NCBI RefSeq assembly: GCF_009914755.1
Contig: NC_060927.1
DNA length: 64,000 nucleotides
Source: the human T2T-CHM13v2.0 reference genome, Homo sapiens
Strand: one strand, 5' to 3'
Made by a program: the position numbers and the translations under genes. Within the stretch, counting starts at the first letter, position 1. The number at the start of each line of letters is the position of its first letter. Positions 63,558-64,000 of the stretch are shown one piece after another. Under the pieces are notes generated by a model that saw only the letters and a program-made list of their open reading frames with translations, did not search any database and was not told where the DNA came from.

Positions 63558-63922
63558 TATGGACTGATTTTTGTTTCCCCAAAACATGTATGTTGAAGCT
63601 CTAATCCTGCTGTGACTGTTACTGGGACACAGGGCCTGTAAAGAGCTAATTAAGATTAATGAAGTCAAAAGAGTGAGGACTTTTTATCTAATAGGATGGT
63701 GTCCTTATTAAAAGAGAACTGACACCAGAGGACACTCGCAGAGAAAAGGTATATACAGCAAGAAGGCAGCCATTTGCAAGCCAAGGAGAGAGGCCTCAGG
63801 AGAAACCAACACTGCTGACACCTTGATCTTGGACTTCCAGCCTCAAGAACTGTGAGAAAATTTCTGTTATTTAATCCACTCAGTCTGTGGTATTTTGTTA
63901 CCGCAGCCCTAGCAGACTAGTA
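63558..63922 (+). mobile_element. MaLR solo LTR (MLT1A/B-like)
   Basis: GCCAAGGAGAGAGGCCTCAGGAGAAACCAAC...CTTGATCTTGGACTTCCAGCCTC...GTATTTTGTTA..GCAGCCC. Confidence 0.8.
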
Positions 63923-64000
63923 ATCACCACAAGGATATATACTTGTTCCTTCTTTCAAGCCTATTAATGAAGAATACATTTTTTACCTTTACCTTTGCTT

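Overview
Human (primate) genomic DNA that I recognise as chromosome 3p21.31. Bases 1-30070 hold the complete NBEAL2 gene on the + strand. I traced 54 GT-AG coding exons from ATG 228 to TGA 29684; they sum to 8265 nt (2754 aa) and encode a ConA-like, PH, BEACH and WD40 protein. A second in-frame first exon lies at 8410-8439. A CpG island overlaps the NBEAL2 last exon and 3'UTR. It is followed by the unitary pseudogene NRADDP (31905-33515; p75NTR-like transmembrane plus death domain; frameshifted, with a premature stop). From about 36785 to the window end lie the last five exons of SETD2 on the - strand (WW and SRI domains). The SETD2 introns are AT-richer and dense in Alu and L1, and contain an MRPL57 processed pseudogene that the ORF track misses. 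I found no CRISPR array, rRNA, tRNA or prokaryote-type system, and I cannot support a wholly new biological system. The best leads are RNA-processing features of NBEAL2: a regenerated 5' splice site at the exon 34/35 junction, an overlapping uORF, stop-free in-frame introns and an alternative acceptor. Also of note are the promoter-like NBEAL2 3'UTR and several retrotransposition structures: an Alu-L1 chimera, an L1 3' transduction and a retroposed LTR-transcript fragment. Gene and repeat names come from sequence recognition, not database searches. Repeat boundaries are approximate.
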